Source of the DNA: Bacteroidota bacterium
Lineage (GTDB): Bacteria > Bacteroidota > Bacteroidia > 2-12-FULL-35-15
Reading direction: 5' to 3'
NCBI GenBank assembly: GCA_025963775.1
Contig: JAOQAD010000012.1
Span: 195,056-259,055, forward strand
Length of the DNA stretch: 64,000 bases
The position numbers and the translations under genes are program-made. Below are positions 29,152-39,389 of this stretch, piece after piece; position 1 is the first letter of the stretch, and each line of letters opens with the position of its first letter. Below the pieces are notes generated by a model. That model worked only from the letters and a program-made list of their open reading frames with translations, had not been told where the DNA came from and searched no databases.

Positions 29152-29906
29152 CCGAACACTTTGTAGGTAATGTATCCCAGCATTTCATGAATGATGATGT
29201 CCCAGTCGTTCATCGCGGAGATGTTCGGAATGAACAAATAATCAAATTCGAATTTACGCGGGCCTGAATAGCGGTCGGTGCTGTAGGGATCAACGCTCAT
29301 GCCTGCTTTCCTGAAACAGCCAAGGCTCCTGCGCATGTGAAAAGCGGAAGTGATCAGCAGCATGTCGCCTCCTCTTATCTTCTGATCATCCAGCATTTTT
29401 TTGGTGAAGGTTGCATTCTCCCTTGTATTCTGCGATTCGGTTTCTATGATCACATCCTCCTTTGGAATTCCCATGTATAAGAGGTAACGGTTGATGTAAT
29501 TCCCTTCCTTCATTTCGGGGTGCAGGATCCTTCCCGAGCCGCCGGTAAAAATGATCTTTTTTATAGTGCCCCGCCTGTACAATTCCACTGCCTGGATCAG
29601 CCTGTCGATGCCGCGGTAAAACTGCGCACGCTCCATGGAAGGATCATACACGCTCATTCCGCCAAGCACAACGCCGTATTCATATTTCTTCAGATCCTTG
29701 TATGGTGTTGCCGGAATCTCCCAGGCACGCGCCACTTCATCGAAAATAAAGGAATTGGAAAACAGCAGGGAAAGTACAAGAACAGCGCGGAGCAACTTCT
29801 TTTTACGTTTCTCGTCTTTTGCAAGAAAGGACCAGATCAGCAATGCAATGATCCACACCAGCGGCGTGATCATAAAAGCAAGTAATTTGGAAAGGATGAA
29901 AAACAT
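29142..29906 (-). CDS. YdcF/DUF218 family (ElyC/SanA-like) membrane-anchored protein
   Basis: Has an N-terminal TM helix, then a FTGGSGR...TESQNTRENA...LLITSAFHMRRS pattern. Confidence 0.6.
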   Translation of the reverse strand: MFFILSKLLAFMITPLVWIIALLIWSFLAKDEKRKKKLLRAVLVLSLLFSNSFIFDEVARAWEIPATPYKDLKKYEYGVVLGGMSVYDPSMERAQFYRGIDRLIQAVELYRRGTIKKIIFTGGSGRILHPEMKEGNYINRYLLYMGIPKEDVIIETESQNTRENATFTKKMLDDQKIRGGDMLLITSAFHMRRSLGCFRKAGMSVDPYSTDRYSGPRKFEFDYLFIPNISAMNDWDIIIHEMLGYITYKVFGYC

Positions 29907-29945
29907 AGTGCTTATTTATAACTTAAGAATTCCTTTTATAATGGC

Positions 29946-30050
29946 GTCAGTTCGAGTAGCGAGATACGAGCGTATCGAGAATAAAGCGACTTCATCACCC
30001 TGTAAAGCAACACTTCTCGATACTCTCCCTTCGGTCGAACTCGAAGTGAC
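29946..30050. repeat. Family A long palindromic element (copy A4, full length)
   Basis: The terminal inverted repeats are gtcagttcgag / ctcgaagtgac and the internal inverted repeat is gtatcgagaa / ttctcgatac. The left arm carries a periodic CGAG motif. Confidence 0.8.
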
Positions 30051-30110
30051 CTAACGAACCATTGATTAAAGTGTTTTTCTTCATCTCTCAAAAATACACA
30101 TTTTATAAAC

Positions 30111-30118
30111 GTATCTTT
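30111..30118 (+). promoter_or_regulatory. -7 promoter box (TAtcTTTG)
   Basis: The consensus match ends 5 nt before the ATG at 30124. This implies a very short or absent leader, or a downstream true start. Confidence 0.3.
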
Positions 30119-30123
30119 GCGCA

Positions 30124-31167
30124 ATGTTCAAAGCGGCACTGAAGCTCTTCCTCAACATCCTTTTTTTCCTGTTCATGCTGTTCTGCCTGGCCTGGCATGA
30201 GCTTGTTGTTTACGGCATTTCACAGGCAAAGGGACAGCTGTATATCATCCGCAATGCGCAACCGGTTGAAGAGATCCTCCGCGACCCTTCATTTTCCGAT
30301 TCCCTGAAGCAAAAACTGCTGCTCATCACTGATATAAAAAAATTCACGGTCGACAGTCTCGGCATCCGCCCCAGCGATAATTACACAACTGTTTTCAACC
30401 AGCATAAGAAACCAATTTTATGGACGGTCTCCGCAGCGGAGCCTTACGCTATGAAAGCAAAGGAATGGACATTCCCATTCTTAGGCACAGTTTCGTACAA
30501 AGGTTTCTTTAATAAAAAAATGCTGCGCAGGGAGATCATTGATTTAGTTAAAGACAATTACGACATCGATGTATACAGTCCTTCCGGCTGGTCAACGCTC
30601 GGCTGGTTCAAAGACCCGATCCTTTCCAATATGCTGTCCCGCAATGAAGGCGAGCTTTCCAACCTGATCATTCATGAGCTCACGCATGGAACGTTGTATG
30701 TGAAAGATGATGTCACCTTCAATGAGAACCTCGCCAGTTTTATTGGTGATAAGGGCGCAGAGCTTTTCCTGGCGCAGCGTTTCGGGAAGGATTCAAAACA
30801 GTTCATTGATTATGAGAACAGCAAAGCGGATGATAAAATTTACAACGATTACATCCTTAAAAGTACAAAGCGGTTGGATAGCCTGTATTACCTGCTGGGA
30901 AGAGGCATTTCGGAAGACACCATGAAAATAAAAAAGAAAGCGCTGATCAGGGAGATCGTACTGGGTGTTTACGGACTGCAGCTGCACAAGCCGAAGGTTT
31001 ATTTCAAATACACGAAGCAGGCTTTCCGGGAAGGAAATGCTTTTTTCATGTCGTTCACACGTTATGATTCGGAATATGATAAATTTGAAAGAGAATACAG
31101 GGAAGTGTATCATTCCAATCTGAAGGAATACCTTGAGGCGATGAAGGAAAAGTATCCCTCGCTGTAA
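30124..31167 (+). CDS. Putative zinc aminopeptidase (PF10023-like)
   Basis: Contains LIIHELTHGTLYVKDDVTFNENLASFIGDKG, which is an HExxH motif plus the downstream NE motif typical of this family. Confidence 0.65.
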   Translation: MFKAALKLFLNILFFLFMLFCLAWHELVVYGISQAKGQLYIIRNAQPVEEILRDPSFSDSLKQKLLLITDIKKFTVDSLGIRPSDNYTTVFNQHKKPILWTVSAAEPYAMKAKEWTFPFLGTVSYKGFFNKKMLRREIIDLVKDNYDIDVYSPSGWSTLGWFKDPILSNMLSRNEGELSNLIIHELTHGTLYVKDDVTFNENLASFIGDKGAELFLAQRFGKDSKQFIDYENSKADDKIYNDYILKSTKRLDSLYYLLGRGISEDTMKIKKKALIREIVLGVYGLQLHKPKVYFKYTKQAFREGNAFFMSFTRYDSEYDKFEREYREVYHSNLKEYLEAMKEKYPSL

Positions 31168-31290
31168 AAGTACGAATCGCTAATGAATACTAATTTGTGA
31201 ATCTGTGGGTCATTGCGAGGAGGTACGACGAAGCAATCTCTTTGTACGAATCGCTAATGAATACGAATTTTTACGAATCTGTGTTTAAAT
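31168..31290. repeat. TACGAAT-type direct repeats flanking a GTCATTGCG hairpin
   Basis: gtacgaatcgctaatgaata(c/cg)aatt...gaatctgtg occurs on both sides of gtcattgcgaggaggtacgacgaagcaatctc (31209-31240). Confidence 0.75.
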
Positions 31291-31305
31291 ATTACATCTA
31301 AAAGA

Positions 31306-31884
31306 ATGATCAAAAGAGCACTATCGGTTTTTACAATCCTGGCAGGCACACTTCTATTGTTGAGCTTCGTGATCCCACAGCCGCTTACATGCCCGGTTGA
31401 GACATATGATAGTTGGAATGAGCACACCTCCGGAAAAACGATCAGCAGGGAATTAAGGAAAGCAGAAAAAACGCATCCTCGTAACTATAAAAAAATTGCG
31501 ACCATACTTTTTTCAACAGCTTATTTAAATTATCTCCAAAAAGGTGTCATTGATACGCTGACATTTCAAAAAGCAATTGAGGCATATAAATCAAGCTATT
31601 CAAAAGTAAAATCACATGAGGTGAAATCAAAAGCGCTGTACATGATTGCCATGGCGTATTATTATATGGGTGATGCCAGGCAGGCCGAAATGTGGTTTGC
31701 AAAAACTGCAAAAACAACAATTCCTTATTCTGAGTATGCAAGGCTTGGGCTTGCAAAGTGCCTTATCAGGCAAAACAATCTTCATTCTGCTGACAGTGTA
31801 TTGTCGCGTTACAGCGAAGTAAACCGCTTACAGTATGACAGCCTGAAAAGAATGGTGGTATTGGACATCAAAAACGGGCATTGA
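31306..31884 (+). CDS. Hypothetical membrane-anchored protein with TPR-like helices
   Basis: Has an N-terminal TM helix and an ALYMIAMAYYYMGDARQAEMWFAK TPR-like segment. Confidence 0.45.
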   Translation: MIKRALSVFTILAGTLLLLSFVIPQPLTCPVETYDSWNEHTSGKTISRELRKAEKTHPRNYKKIATILFSTAYLNYLQKGVIDTLTFQKAIEAYKSSYSKVKSHEVKSKALYMIAMAYYYMGDARQAEMWFAKTAKTTIPYSEYARLGLAKCLIRQNNLHSADSVLSRYSEVNRLQYDSLKRMVVLDIKNGH

Positions 31885-31948
31885 TCTTTACAGGCGCAGG
31901 CTTTGCAGTATAATGAGTTGAAAAAGAATACAGGAAACTGTTCCAACC

Positions 31949-33163
31949 TCATTTAATTAATCCACGGTACCAGGTCGGCTTCCCTGACATAATCAACTGA
32001 AAATTATCCGTTTTCACATTTCCATGAGTTGTTATAAACTCAACATTCATTAACCAACACAATCCCATATCTGGAGTATCAGTAAAAACCTGCAATTCAA
32101 AACTATAAGTTGAGTTTGCTGCAATACGAAACCCGGCTGGCATTAACTTCAGGACTTGCGTACCTGTAGCATGTTTTAAATTGAATACATAAGATGCCTT
32201 GGGTGCGATTATTCCTTCTTCTGCCGACATAACCTGACCAATTTTAAGTACATTAAAATGTATTTTATCTACTATTAATTCTTCATTCGATGGATTTTGT
32301 ATTACGCATACAAAAGTTGGATATGGTATCCCCACGCAACATCTGATCCATCTTAAGATTGTAGCATAATCATTAGTAGACAACTTCGACCATTCTTCTC
32401 CATTTGGAATAACATGCTGAGTTACATCAGGATGTTTAGTCAGCAAATACTCTACCCAAGCATCATCATTAATATATTTATCATACTGCTGTTTTCCGGT
32501 TAATGCGGTATAGTGCTTTAATGCTTCCGAAACGTTTACGTATTCAGATGTATTCCAATTACAAATGCATTGTTCAGGGTAACTTTTATTGTAAAATCCT
32601 GGATCCATTGAATACGTTTTATAACTACTATTGCTTAAAATTCCAGCAAATGATTGGTTGGATTCAACAAAACTTGTTTTACTTTCATTCAGACTGAACC
32701 GTTGCAAAATTGGCAAATTGGTTGAGTCCACAAATTCGTTTGCCTCAGTTATCTGTCCTTCACCATTTGGTTTTCCATTCCATTGATTAAGATTACTTGG
32801 TTCTATCTGTTTTTGATCTTCCGAGAATGCTGGAATTGGGTTTACTGTTGGGTAATTACCTTCAGTTGGAATGTATATTTGATAAAGACGAAACGCAATA
32901 AGTAACAAAAAAAACAATGTTATTAACAGTATCCATCTGTATTGCCTTAGTGTTGGCTGATTTTTATATGGTGATTTAAAACCTATCGTCTGTAATTTTT
33001 TTTCAGGCCAGATAGCCCCAACGGTCAAAACATATGCAATAATTATTAACGGCCAAAACTGTTTATTCAAGACATCACTAAAATGAACAATAGATTCAAA
33101 ACTAACTGTTGCTATTCCGACAACTCCAAGAATTATGGAAATTTTTTTTAAAATGTCTTTCAT
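31949..33163 (-). CDS. Low-GC orphan membrane protein (3 N-terminal TM helices plus an extracytoplasmic domain of about 300 aa)
   Basis: The long ORF is listed to 33235, but MKDILKKISIILG at 33163 is the more plausible start. No motif recognised. Hand count gives 21/60 G+C in 32041-32100. Confidence 0.55.
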   Translation of the reverse strand: MKDILKKISIILGVVGIATVSFESIVHFSDVLNKQFWPLIIIAYVLTVGAIWPEKKLQTIGFKSPYKNQPTLRQYRWILLITLFFLLLIAFRLYQIYIPTEGNYPTVNPIPAFSEDQKQIEPSNLNQWNGKPNGEGQITEANEFVDSTNLPILQRFSLNESKTSFVESNQSFAGILSNSSYKTYSMDPGFYNKSYPEQCICNWNTSEYVNVSEALKHYTALTGKQQYDKYINDDAWVEYLLTKHPDVTQHVIPNGEEWSKLSTNDYATILRWIRCCVGIPYPTFVCVIQNPSNEELIVDKIHFNVLKIGQVMSAEEGIIAPKASYVFNLKHATGTQVLKLMPAGFRIAANSTYSFELQVFTDTPDMGLCWLMNVEFITTHGNVKTDNFQLIMSGKPTWYRGLIK

Positions 33164-33305
33164 TAGAGATACTTTAGTGAATAAATATACAACAATTATA
33201 ATCCGATTACTTTCTAACAAAATAAACAAACACAAATCAAACCTAAGTCATCCAAACACAGTTAAATCGCTTCGTTTATCACTTGCAAAATCCAGCTTTA
33301 AAAGC

Positions 33306-33313
33306 TACATTTG
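33306..33313 (+). promoter_or_regulatory. -7 promoter box (TAcaTTTG) upstream of icmF
   Basis: Consensus match 20 nt before the ATG at 33333. Confidence 0.4.
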
Positions 33314-33332
33314 TAGCTAAACGAACACAGCA

Positions 33333-36300
33333 ATGAACACATTTGTTACAGAGCCTTACAAGGCAAAAAATAAGATCCGGATCGTTACGGCAGCATCCCT
33401 TTTCGACGGGCATGATGCAGCCATCAATATCATGCGCCGGATCATCCAGAGCAGCGGTGCGGAAGTGATCCACCTCGGGCACGACAGGAGCGTGCAGGAG
33501 ATCGTGGATTGTGCGATACAGGAAGATGCCAATGCCATAGCGCTTACCTCCTACCAGGGCGGGCACAATGAATTTTTCAAATACATGTACGACCTGCTGA
33601 AGGAAAGAGGCTGCGGACATATCAAAATATTCGGCGGCGGCGGTGGCACCATCCTTCCTTCGGAGATCGAAGAGCTGCAAAAATACGGCATTACACGCAT
33701 TTATGCACCGGACGACGGCCGTGCCATGGGACTGCAGGGAATGATCAACGACATGCTGCAGAAATGCGACTTCCCTACAGGAGAGAACCTGAACGGCGAA
33801 GTGAAGCACCTGCTTGAAAAGGACGCTAAATCAATTGCAAGGCTGATCTCCGCAGCGGAAAATTTTCCGGAAGAATTCTCGAAATTCACCGGCGAGATCG
33901 AAACAGCCGCAAAAGCAAAAATAACACCTGTGCTCGGGATCACCGGCACGGGAGGCGCAGGAAAATCAAGCCTTGTAGACGAGCTTGTTCGCCGCTTCCT
34001 CATCGATTTCAAAGACAAGACTATCGCAATCATTTCCGTAGACCCTTCCAAACGCAAGACAGGCGGGGCATTGCTGGGCGACCGCATCCGGATGAATGCG
34101 ATCAAGAATCCGCGTGTTTATATGCGCTCGCTGGCTACACGCCAGAGCAACCTTGCACTTTCCAAATATGTGAAGGAAGCTGTCGATATTGTAAAGGCCG
34201 CCAATTACGACCTCGTGATCCTGGAAACATCCGGGATCGGGCAAAGCGATACGGAGATTACCGAGCACAGCGACATGAGCCTGTATGTGATGACGCCGGA
34301 ATACGGTGCAGCCACACAGCTGGAGAAGATCGATATGCTTGACTTTGCAGACATCATTGCCCTGAATAAGTTCGACAAGCGCGGCGCATTGGATGCGATC
34401 CGCGATGTTAAAAAACAATACAAGCGCAATCACCAGCTCTGGGATACAGACGATGATGCGATCCCGGTTTACGGCACCATTGCATCGCAGTTCAACGATC
34501 CCGGAATGAACAAGCTGTACAAAGCCATCGTGAACAAACTGGCTGAAAAAACAGGCGCTGACCTGGAATCGGATTTTGCTGTGACGGATGAAATGAGCGA
34601 GAAGATCTACATCATCCCGCCTCACAGGACACGCTATTTAGCGGAGATCGCGGAGAATAACCGCGGCTATGACAAATGGGTGAACGAACAGAAAGAGATC
34701 GCCAACATTTTATATGGCTTAAAGAAAACGATTTCAACCCTGTCAGGGTTCAAAAGCCATTCAGGGGTATCTGAACCCGATAAAAACATCATCTCCCAGC
34801 TTGAAAAAACATACGGGGAGATCGAACTGAATTTCGATGGCCGCAATAAAAAGATCCTCGAAGGCTGGGCTGATAAAGTGCAGCAATACAAGAACGAGTT
34901 CTTTATTTTTAAAGTGCGCGATAAGGAATTAAAGATCAAGACACATTACGAATCGCTTTCACACACGCAGATCCCAAAGATCAGCACACCGCGCTATGAA
35001 GCATGGGGCGACATCCTGAAATGGAATTTACAGGAAAATGTTCCGGGTGAATTTCCATACACTGCCGGCGTGTTTCCTTTCAAGCGTGAAGGTGAAGATC
35101 CTACACGTATGTTCGCGGGAGAAGGCGGGCCGGAGCGCACCAACAGGCGCTTCCATTATGTGAGCCTGGGCATGCCGGCACACCGCCTGAGCACTGCGTT
35201 CGACAGCGTTACGCTGTACGGACAGGACCCTGCGGTCCGCCCGGATATTTACGGAAAGATCGGCAATTCCGGCGTTTCAATCTGCTGCCTTGATGATGCA
35301 AAAAAACTGTACAGCGGATTTAATTTAGCAGATCCGAAAACATCTGTGAGCATGACGATCAACGGCCCGGCTGCAATGTTAACGGGCTTTTTCATGAATG
35401 CTGCCATTGACCAGCAATGTGAAATTTATATCAAAAAGAACGGGCTTGAAAAAGAAGTTGAAGCGAAGATCGAAAAGATCTACAAAGCAAAAGGCACAGC
35501 CCGCCCGAAATACCAGGGCAAACTTCCGGAAGGAAATGACGGCTTAGGATTGATGCTGCTTGGCGTTACCGGCGACCAGGTACTGCCGAAAGATGTGTAT
35601 GAAAAGATCAAAGCGGAATCGATCGCTGCCGTGCGCGGTACGGTACAGGCCGATATATTGAAGGAAGACCAGGCACAGAATACCTGCATCTTCTCCACTG
35701 AATTTGCATTGCGCCTGATGGGCGACATGCAGGATTATTTCATCCAGCAGAACATCCGCAATTTTTACTCGGTCTCTATTTCAGGATATCACATCTCTGA
35801 AGCAGGCGCCAATCCTATCACACAGCTGGCACTCACCTTATCGAACGGATTCACTTACGTGGAATATTATGCAAGCCGCGGAATGGATATTAATAAATTC
35901 GCGCCGAACTTATCCTTCTTTTTCAGCAACGGGATCGATCCGGAATATTCTGTGATCGGCCGTGTTGCACGCAGGATCTGGGCAAAGGCGATGAAACTGA
36001 AATACAATGCGAATGAGCGCTCACAAATGCTGAAGTACCATATCCAGACATCAGGACGTTCGCTGCACGCGCAGGAGATCGATTTCAACGATATCAGGAC
36101 CACGCTGCAGGCCTTGTACGCGATCTACGACAACTGTAATTCACTGCATACAAATGCATATGATGAAGCGATCACCACTCCTACAGAAGAATCGGTGAGG
36201 CGTGCTATGGCGATCCAGCTGATCATTAACCGTGAGCTGGGCCTTGCGAAAAATGAAAATCCGTTACAGGGATCGTTCATCATTGAAGAGCTGACCGATC

Positions 36301-36734
36301 TCGTGGAAGAAGCGGTACTGACGGAATTTGAGCGCATCTCCGAAAGGGGCGGCGTACTGGGCGCCATGGAAACGATGTACCAGCGCGGGAAGATCCAGGA
36401 AGAAAGCCTGTACTACGAAACACTGAAGCATACGGGCGAATACCCGATCATCGGCGTGAATACATTCCTTTCATCGAAAGGCTCACCGACCATTGTTCCG
36501 AAAGAAGTGATCCGCGCAACGGAAGAAGAAAAGCAATACCAGATCACGATGCTGGAGGAATTGCAGAAAGCAAATGCTGACAGATCGCCTGAGCTGCTGA
36601 GGAACCTGCAAAAGCTGGCTGTCCAGAACAAAAATATTTTTGAAGGACTGATGGAGGTTTGTAAATACTGCTCGCTCGGACAGATCACGAATGCTTTATT
36701 TGAAGTAGGCGGACAATACAGACGCAATATGTAA
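33333..36734 (+). CDS. icmF: Fused isobutyryl-CoA mutase (B12-binding domain, MeaB-like GTPase, mutase domain), IcmF
   Basis: 1133 aa. The N-terminal B12 domain has [13 protein letters not shown]. The central P-loop [12 protein letters not shown] and LNKFD form the G-protein module. The C-terminal part is a methylmalonyl-CoA-mutase-like TIM barrel. Confidence 0.85.
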   Translation: MNTFVTEPYKAKNKIRIVTAASLFDGHDAAINIMRRIIQSSGAEVIHLGHDRSVQEIVDCAIQEDANAIALTSYQGGHNEFFKYMYDLLKERGCGHIKIFGGGGGTILPSEIEELQKYGITRIYAPDDGRAMGLQGMINDMLQKCDFPTGENLNGEVKHLLEKDAKSIARLISAAENFPEEFSKFTGEIETAAKAKITPVLGITGTGGAGKSSLVDELVRRFLIDFKDKTIAIISVDPSKRKTGGALLGDRIRMNAIKNPRVYMRSLATRQSNLALSKYVKEAVDIVKAANYDLVILETSGIGQSDTEITEHSDMSLYVMTPEYGAATQLEKIDMLDFADIIALNKFDKRGALDAIRDVKKQYKRNHQLWDTDDDAIPVYGTIASQFNDPGMNKLYKAIVNKLAEKTGADLESDFAVTDEMSEKIYIIPPHRTRYLAEIAENNRGYDKWVNEQKEIANILYGLKKTISTLSGFKSHSGVSEPDKNIISQLEKTYGEIELNFDGRNKKILEGWADKVQQYKNEFFIFKVRDKELKIKTHYESLSHTQIPKISTPRYEAWGDILKWNLQENVPGEFPYTAGVFPFKREGEDPTRMFAGEGGPERTNRRFHYVSLGMPAHRLSTAFDSVTLYGQDPAVRPDIYGKIGNSGVSICCLDDAKKLYSGFNLADPKTSVSMTINGPAAMLTGFFMNAAIDQQCEIYIKKNGLEKEVEAKIEKIYKAKGTARPKYQGKLPEGNDGLGLMLLGVTGDQVLPKDVYEKIKAESIAAVRGTVQADILKEDQAQNTCIFSTEFALRLMGDMQDYFIQQNIRNFYSVSISGYHISEAGANPITQLALTLSNGFTYVEYYASRGMDINKFAPNLSFFFSNGIDPEYSVIGRVARRIWAKAMKLKYNANERSQMLKYHIQTSGRSLHAQEIDFNDIRTTLQALYAIYDNCNSLHTNAYDEAITTPTEESVRRAMAIQLIINRELGLAKNENPLQGSFIIEELTDLVEEAVLTEFERISERGGVLGAMETMYQRGKIQEESLYYETLKHTGEYPIIGVNTFLSSKGSPTIVPKEVIRATEEEKQYQITMLEELQKANADRSPELLRNLQKLAVQNKNIFEGLMEVCKYCSLGQITNALFEVGGQYRRNM

Positions 36735-36737
36735 TTC

Positions 36738-37244
36738 ATGGGCTTATCTCTATCGCATTATTTTGTAAAGAGCACGCTTACCTGCTTTTTATTGATCTGC
36801 TCTTTTGCAGTTTCCCGGGCGCAGGTAAAAGCCGATACCACGGACAACTTCATGGAATGGCGATGCATTGTAATTGCTGCAAGATCACATAGCTTTTCAG
36901 AGCTGGACAAGCTGGCGAAAGAGATCAGTAAAAAAACGGGAATTCCATACGATAATAAAGAACGGATCTACGATAAAAAGGAAGGAATTATCCTCCCGGA
37001 TGATCCTGCTAAATATGGTATTGATGCAGGACAATCCTTTCCAAGAAGATTTGATGAACAGCGGATCAGCATTGAAATGGCGCATTTTTATGATGAAGGC
37101 GGCAGGGATGAAATGATCCTGGTCACCGGGATCTTCAGCACGCAGGACCAGGTAGCTGCCGAGGCGCAGCAAAAGCTCATTTATGACATTGTTCCAAAAA
37201 ATGAAATTGTAATCACGCAGCTTTACATGGGCTGCACGCATTAA
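36738..37244 (+). CDS. Hypothetical secreted protein
   Basis: Has a signal-like N-terminus and no recognised motif. Starts 3 nt after the icmF stop. Confidence 0.5.
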   Translation: MGLSLSHYFVKSTLTCFLLICSFAVSRAQVKADTTDNFMEWRCIVIAARSHSFSELDKLAKEISKKTGIPYDNKERIYDKKEGIILPDDPAKYGIDAGQSFPRRFDEQRISIEMAHFYDEGGRDEMILVTGIFSTQDQVAAEAQQKLIYDIVPKNEIVITQLYMGCTH

Positions 37245-37292
37245 AGAATCGGACCGGAACTATTAATTTTACAGGAAATTAAATTCTTATCG

Positions 37293-37300
37293 TATTTATT
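37293..37300 (+). promoter_or_regulatory. -7 promoter box (TAaaTTTG)
   Basis: Consensus match 53 nt before the ATG at 37353. Confidence 0.35.
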
Positions 37301-37352
37301 ACTAAATTTGGTATATTGTTTGACAACCCAACTCAACCTAAAAAATAAAAAC

Positions 37353-37730
37353 ATGAAAAAAATAGTTCTACTTTCAGCTCTTTTGATCGCAGGGATCAGC
37401 ATCAATGCACAAAACAGCACACGCACAGCAGCTCCTGTTGAAAACCAGCAACCACAAGATGCTGCTTCTAAAGCAAAAAAGCAGACTGCACAGCTTGACC
37501 AGGTTGTATTACTGAATGCTTCCCAGAAAGAAAAAGCATACGCCATTAACCTCGACAAAGACCAGCAGATCAACGCTGCTGCAGCAAACAAAGCTACTTT
37601 TGAGGCTGAAAAAACAAGGATCAACAAGGAACGCGAAAAAGAACTGTTAGCGATCCTTACTCCGGAGCAGCAGGCTAAATTCAAAACAGCACAGGCAGCT
37701 AAAAAAACACCTGCAACTGAGAAAAAATAA
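37353..37730 (+). CDS. Small secreted helical protein (Spy/CpxP-like LTPEQQAKF motif)
   Basis: The start is moved to MKKIVLLSALLIAGISINA (signal peptide). The body is Lys/Gln/Ala-rich. Confidence 0.5.
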   Translation: MKKIVLLSALLIAGISINAQNSTRTAAPVENQQPQDAASKAKKQTAQLDQVVLLNASQKEKAYAINLDKDQQINAAAANKATFEAEKTRINKEREKELLAILTPEQQAKFKTAQAAKKTPATEKK

Positions 37731-37750
37731 TCATTCCCTTTCTATTAAAA

Positions 37751-37780
37751 ATGCCATACAATCCAGTATGGCATTTTTTT
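37751..37780 (+). terminator. Rho-independent terminator
   Basis: atgccata / tatggcat stem followed by ttttttt. Confidence 0.65.
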
Positions 37781-37790
37781 ATTCCTCCCG

Positions 37791-38453
37791 GTGAACGAAC
37801 AGGTTCCTTATATCAATATCCATACACATCAGTTCCACGATAACGAAGGAATTGCCATTGTAAGCACCGGCCCGGAGAACGCAGGATCCGCAAAGGGATT
37901 TATTTCTGCAGGCATCCATCCCCGGCACATTGCTTCGTACAACATTGCAGAAGCGATGGAACAGCTCAGGTCGGCAGCTGCCTTAAAGCATGTGCTGGCC
38001 ATCGGGGAATGCGGGCTCGACAAGCTGAGTGAAACACCGATGGAAGTGCAGGAAGAAATTTTCATTGAACAGACCGGGATCGCGGGATTGGTAAACAAGC
38101 CTTTGATCATCCATTGTGTAAAGGCTTTTGAAGTCCTCCTGCGGATCAAAAAAACGGAGCATGTAACTGTACCTTTCATTATTCATGGCTACAATAACAA
38201 GGAACAAATTGCATCACAGCTGCAGCAAAAGGGCATGTATCTTTCGTTTGGAAAAGCATTGCTTGCTGAAGGCTCGAATGCACAGCGTGTATTGAAGAAT
38301 ACCGCTCCCGGGATGTTTTTCCTGGAAACGGATGATGCAGCTGTTTCAATAAAGAGTATTTTTGAGAAAGCAGCGGAATTAAAAAGCATGAGCCTGGATG
38401 AGCTGCGCGGACAAATGATGTTAAACTTTAAAAAAGTATTCAAGTATGAGTGA
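37791..38453 (+). CDS. TatD family metal-dependent hydrolase
   Basis: GTG start. Contains INIHTHQF, GECGLD and IIHCVKA (TatD motifs). Confidence 0.7.
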   Translation: MNEQVPYINIHTHQFHDNEGIAIVSTGPENAGSAKGFISAGIHPRHIASYNIAEAMEQLRSAAALKHVLAIGECGLDKLSETPMEVQEEIFIEQTGIAGLVNKPLIIHCVKAFEVLLRIKKTEHVTVPFIIHGYNNKEQIASQLQQKGMYLSFGKALLAEGSNAQRVLKNTAPGMFFLETDDAAVSIKSIFEKAAELKSMSLDELRGQMMLNFKKVFKYE

Positions 38454-39180
38454 TATAAGCTGGTTATCGAGAACGGAACTGCTGATCGGGAAAGAGAAGC
38501 TGATGAAATTACAGAATGCGCATGTGCTGGTGGTCGGAATGGGCGGCGTTGGCTCATTTGCCGCAGAGTTCATCTGCCGTGGCGGTGTGGGCACCATGAC
38601 CATTGTGGATGGCGACACCGTGGATCCAAGCAACAGGAACCGCCAGCTCCCTGCCCTCTCCACCACGCACGGTATGCCGAAAGCGGATGTGATGGCAGAG
38701 CGCTTGCTTGCGATCAACCCCGACCTGAAACTGCATGTGATCAAGGAATTCATCACACCGGAAAGAGCCGAAGAAATTCTCTCCGAACCATTCGATTATG
38801 TAGTGGATGCGATCGACAGCATTACACCGAAGCTTATTTTTATAAAAACGGCTTACGAGAAAAAAGTAAGGATCATCAGCTCCATGGGTGCCGGTGCAAA
38901 GCTGGACCCAACGCAGCTGCGCGTGGTGGATATTTCCAAAACATACAATTGTCCGTTTGCACAGTACGTGCGGAAACGTTTGAAAGAATTCGGCATTTAC
39001 AAAGGAGTGAAAACTGTTTTCTCAGCGGAGCTCCCGATCAAGGAATCGCTGATGCTGACCGATGGAACAAAATTCAAAAAATCGGCGTACGGAACCATCT
39101 CTTACCTGCCTGCTGCATTTGGCGGGGTTTGCGCTTCGGTGGTGATCCGGGATCTGATCGCTGCGGAATCAAAAAAATAA
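38446..39180 (+). CDS. tcdA: tRNA threonylcarbamoyladenosine dehydratase (ThiF-family)
   Basis: Contains VVGMGGVGSFAAEFICRGGVG...VDGDTVDPSNRNRQ...KADVMAERL...DAIDS, which is collinear with E. coli TcdA/CsdL as I recall it. Confidence 0.85.
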   Translation: MSDISWLSRTELLIGKEKLMKLQNAHVLVVGMGGVGSFAAEFICRGGVGTMTIVDGDTVDPSNRNRQLPALSTTHGMPKADVMAERLLAINPDLKLHVIKEFITPERAEEILSEPFDYVVDAIDSITPKLIFIKTAYEKKVRIISSMGAGAKLDPTQLRVVDISKTYNCPFAQYVRKRLKEFGIYKGVKTVFSAELPIKESLMLTDGTKFKKSAYGTISYLPAAFGGVCASVVIRDLIAAESKK

Positions 39181-39224
39181 CTGGAAGGAATTGTGTTATA
39201 GAAAAATGTTCGATATTTTAATAG

Positions 39225-39338
39225 GTCACTTGGAGTGCGGAACGGAGTGAAGCCCTTCGACTCCGCTCAGGATAAACTTCTCGAGAAGTAGGCCAGTTCT
39301 CGATACTTTCGCCAGAAAAGGCGAAAACTCGAACTGAC
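39225..39338. repeat. Family A long palindromic element (copy A5, inverted orientation)
   Basis: The reverse complement begins gtcagttcgagttttcgcc-ttttct-ggcgaaagtatcgagaac, the same subfamily as 50499-50578. Confidence 0.75.
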
Positions 39339-39389
39339 GAAAACAAATCAACATTTTTCTATAACCACACGAAACATTATATTTACTGT

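Noticed and set aside
33236-33332. A possible cobalamin riboswitch in front of the B12-dependent icmF.
   Set aside because: The spacer is only about 97 nt, is AT-rich, and lacks a recognisable B12-box or the paired regions needed. It contains only a -7 promoter-like box.
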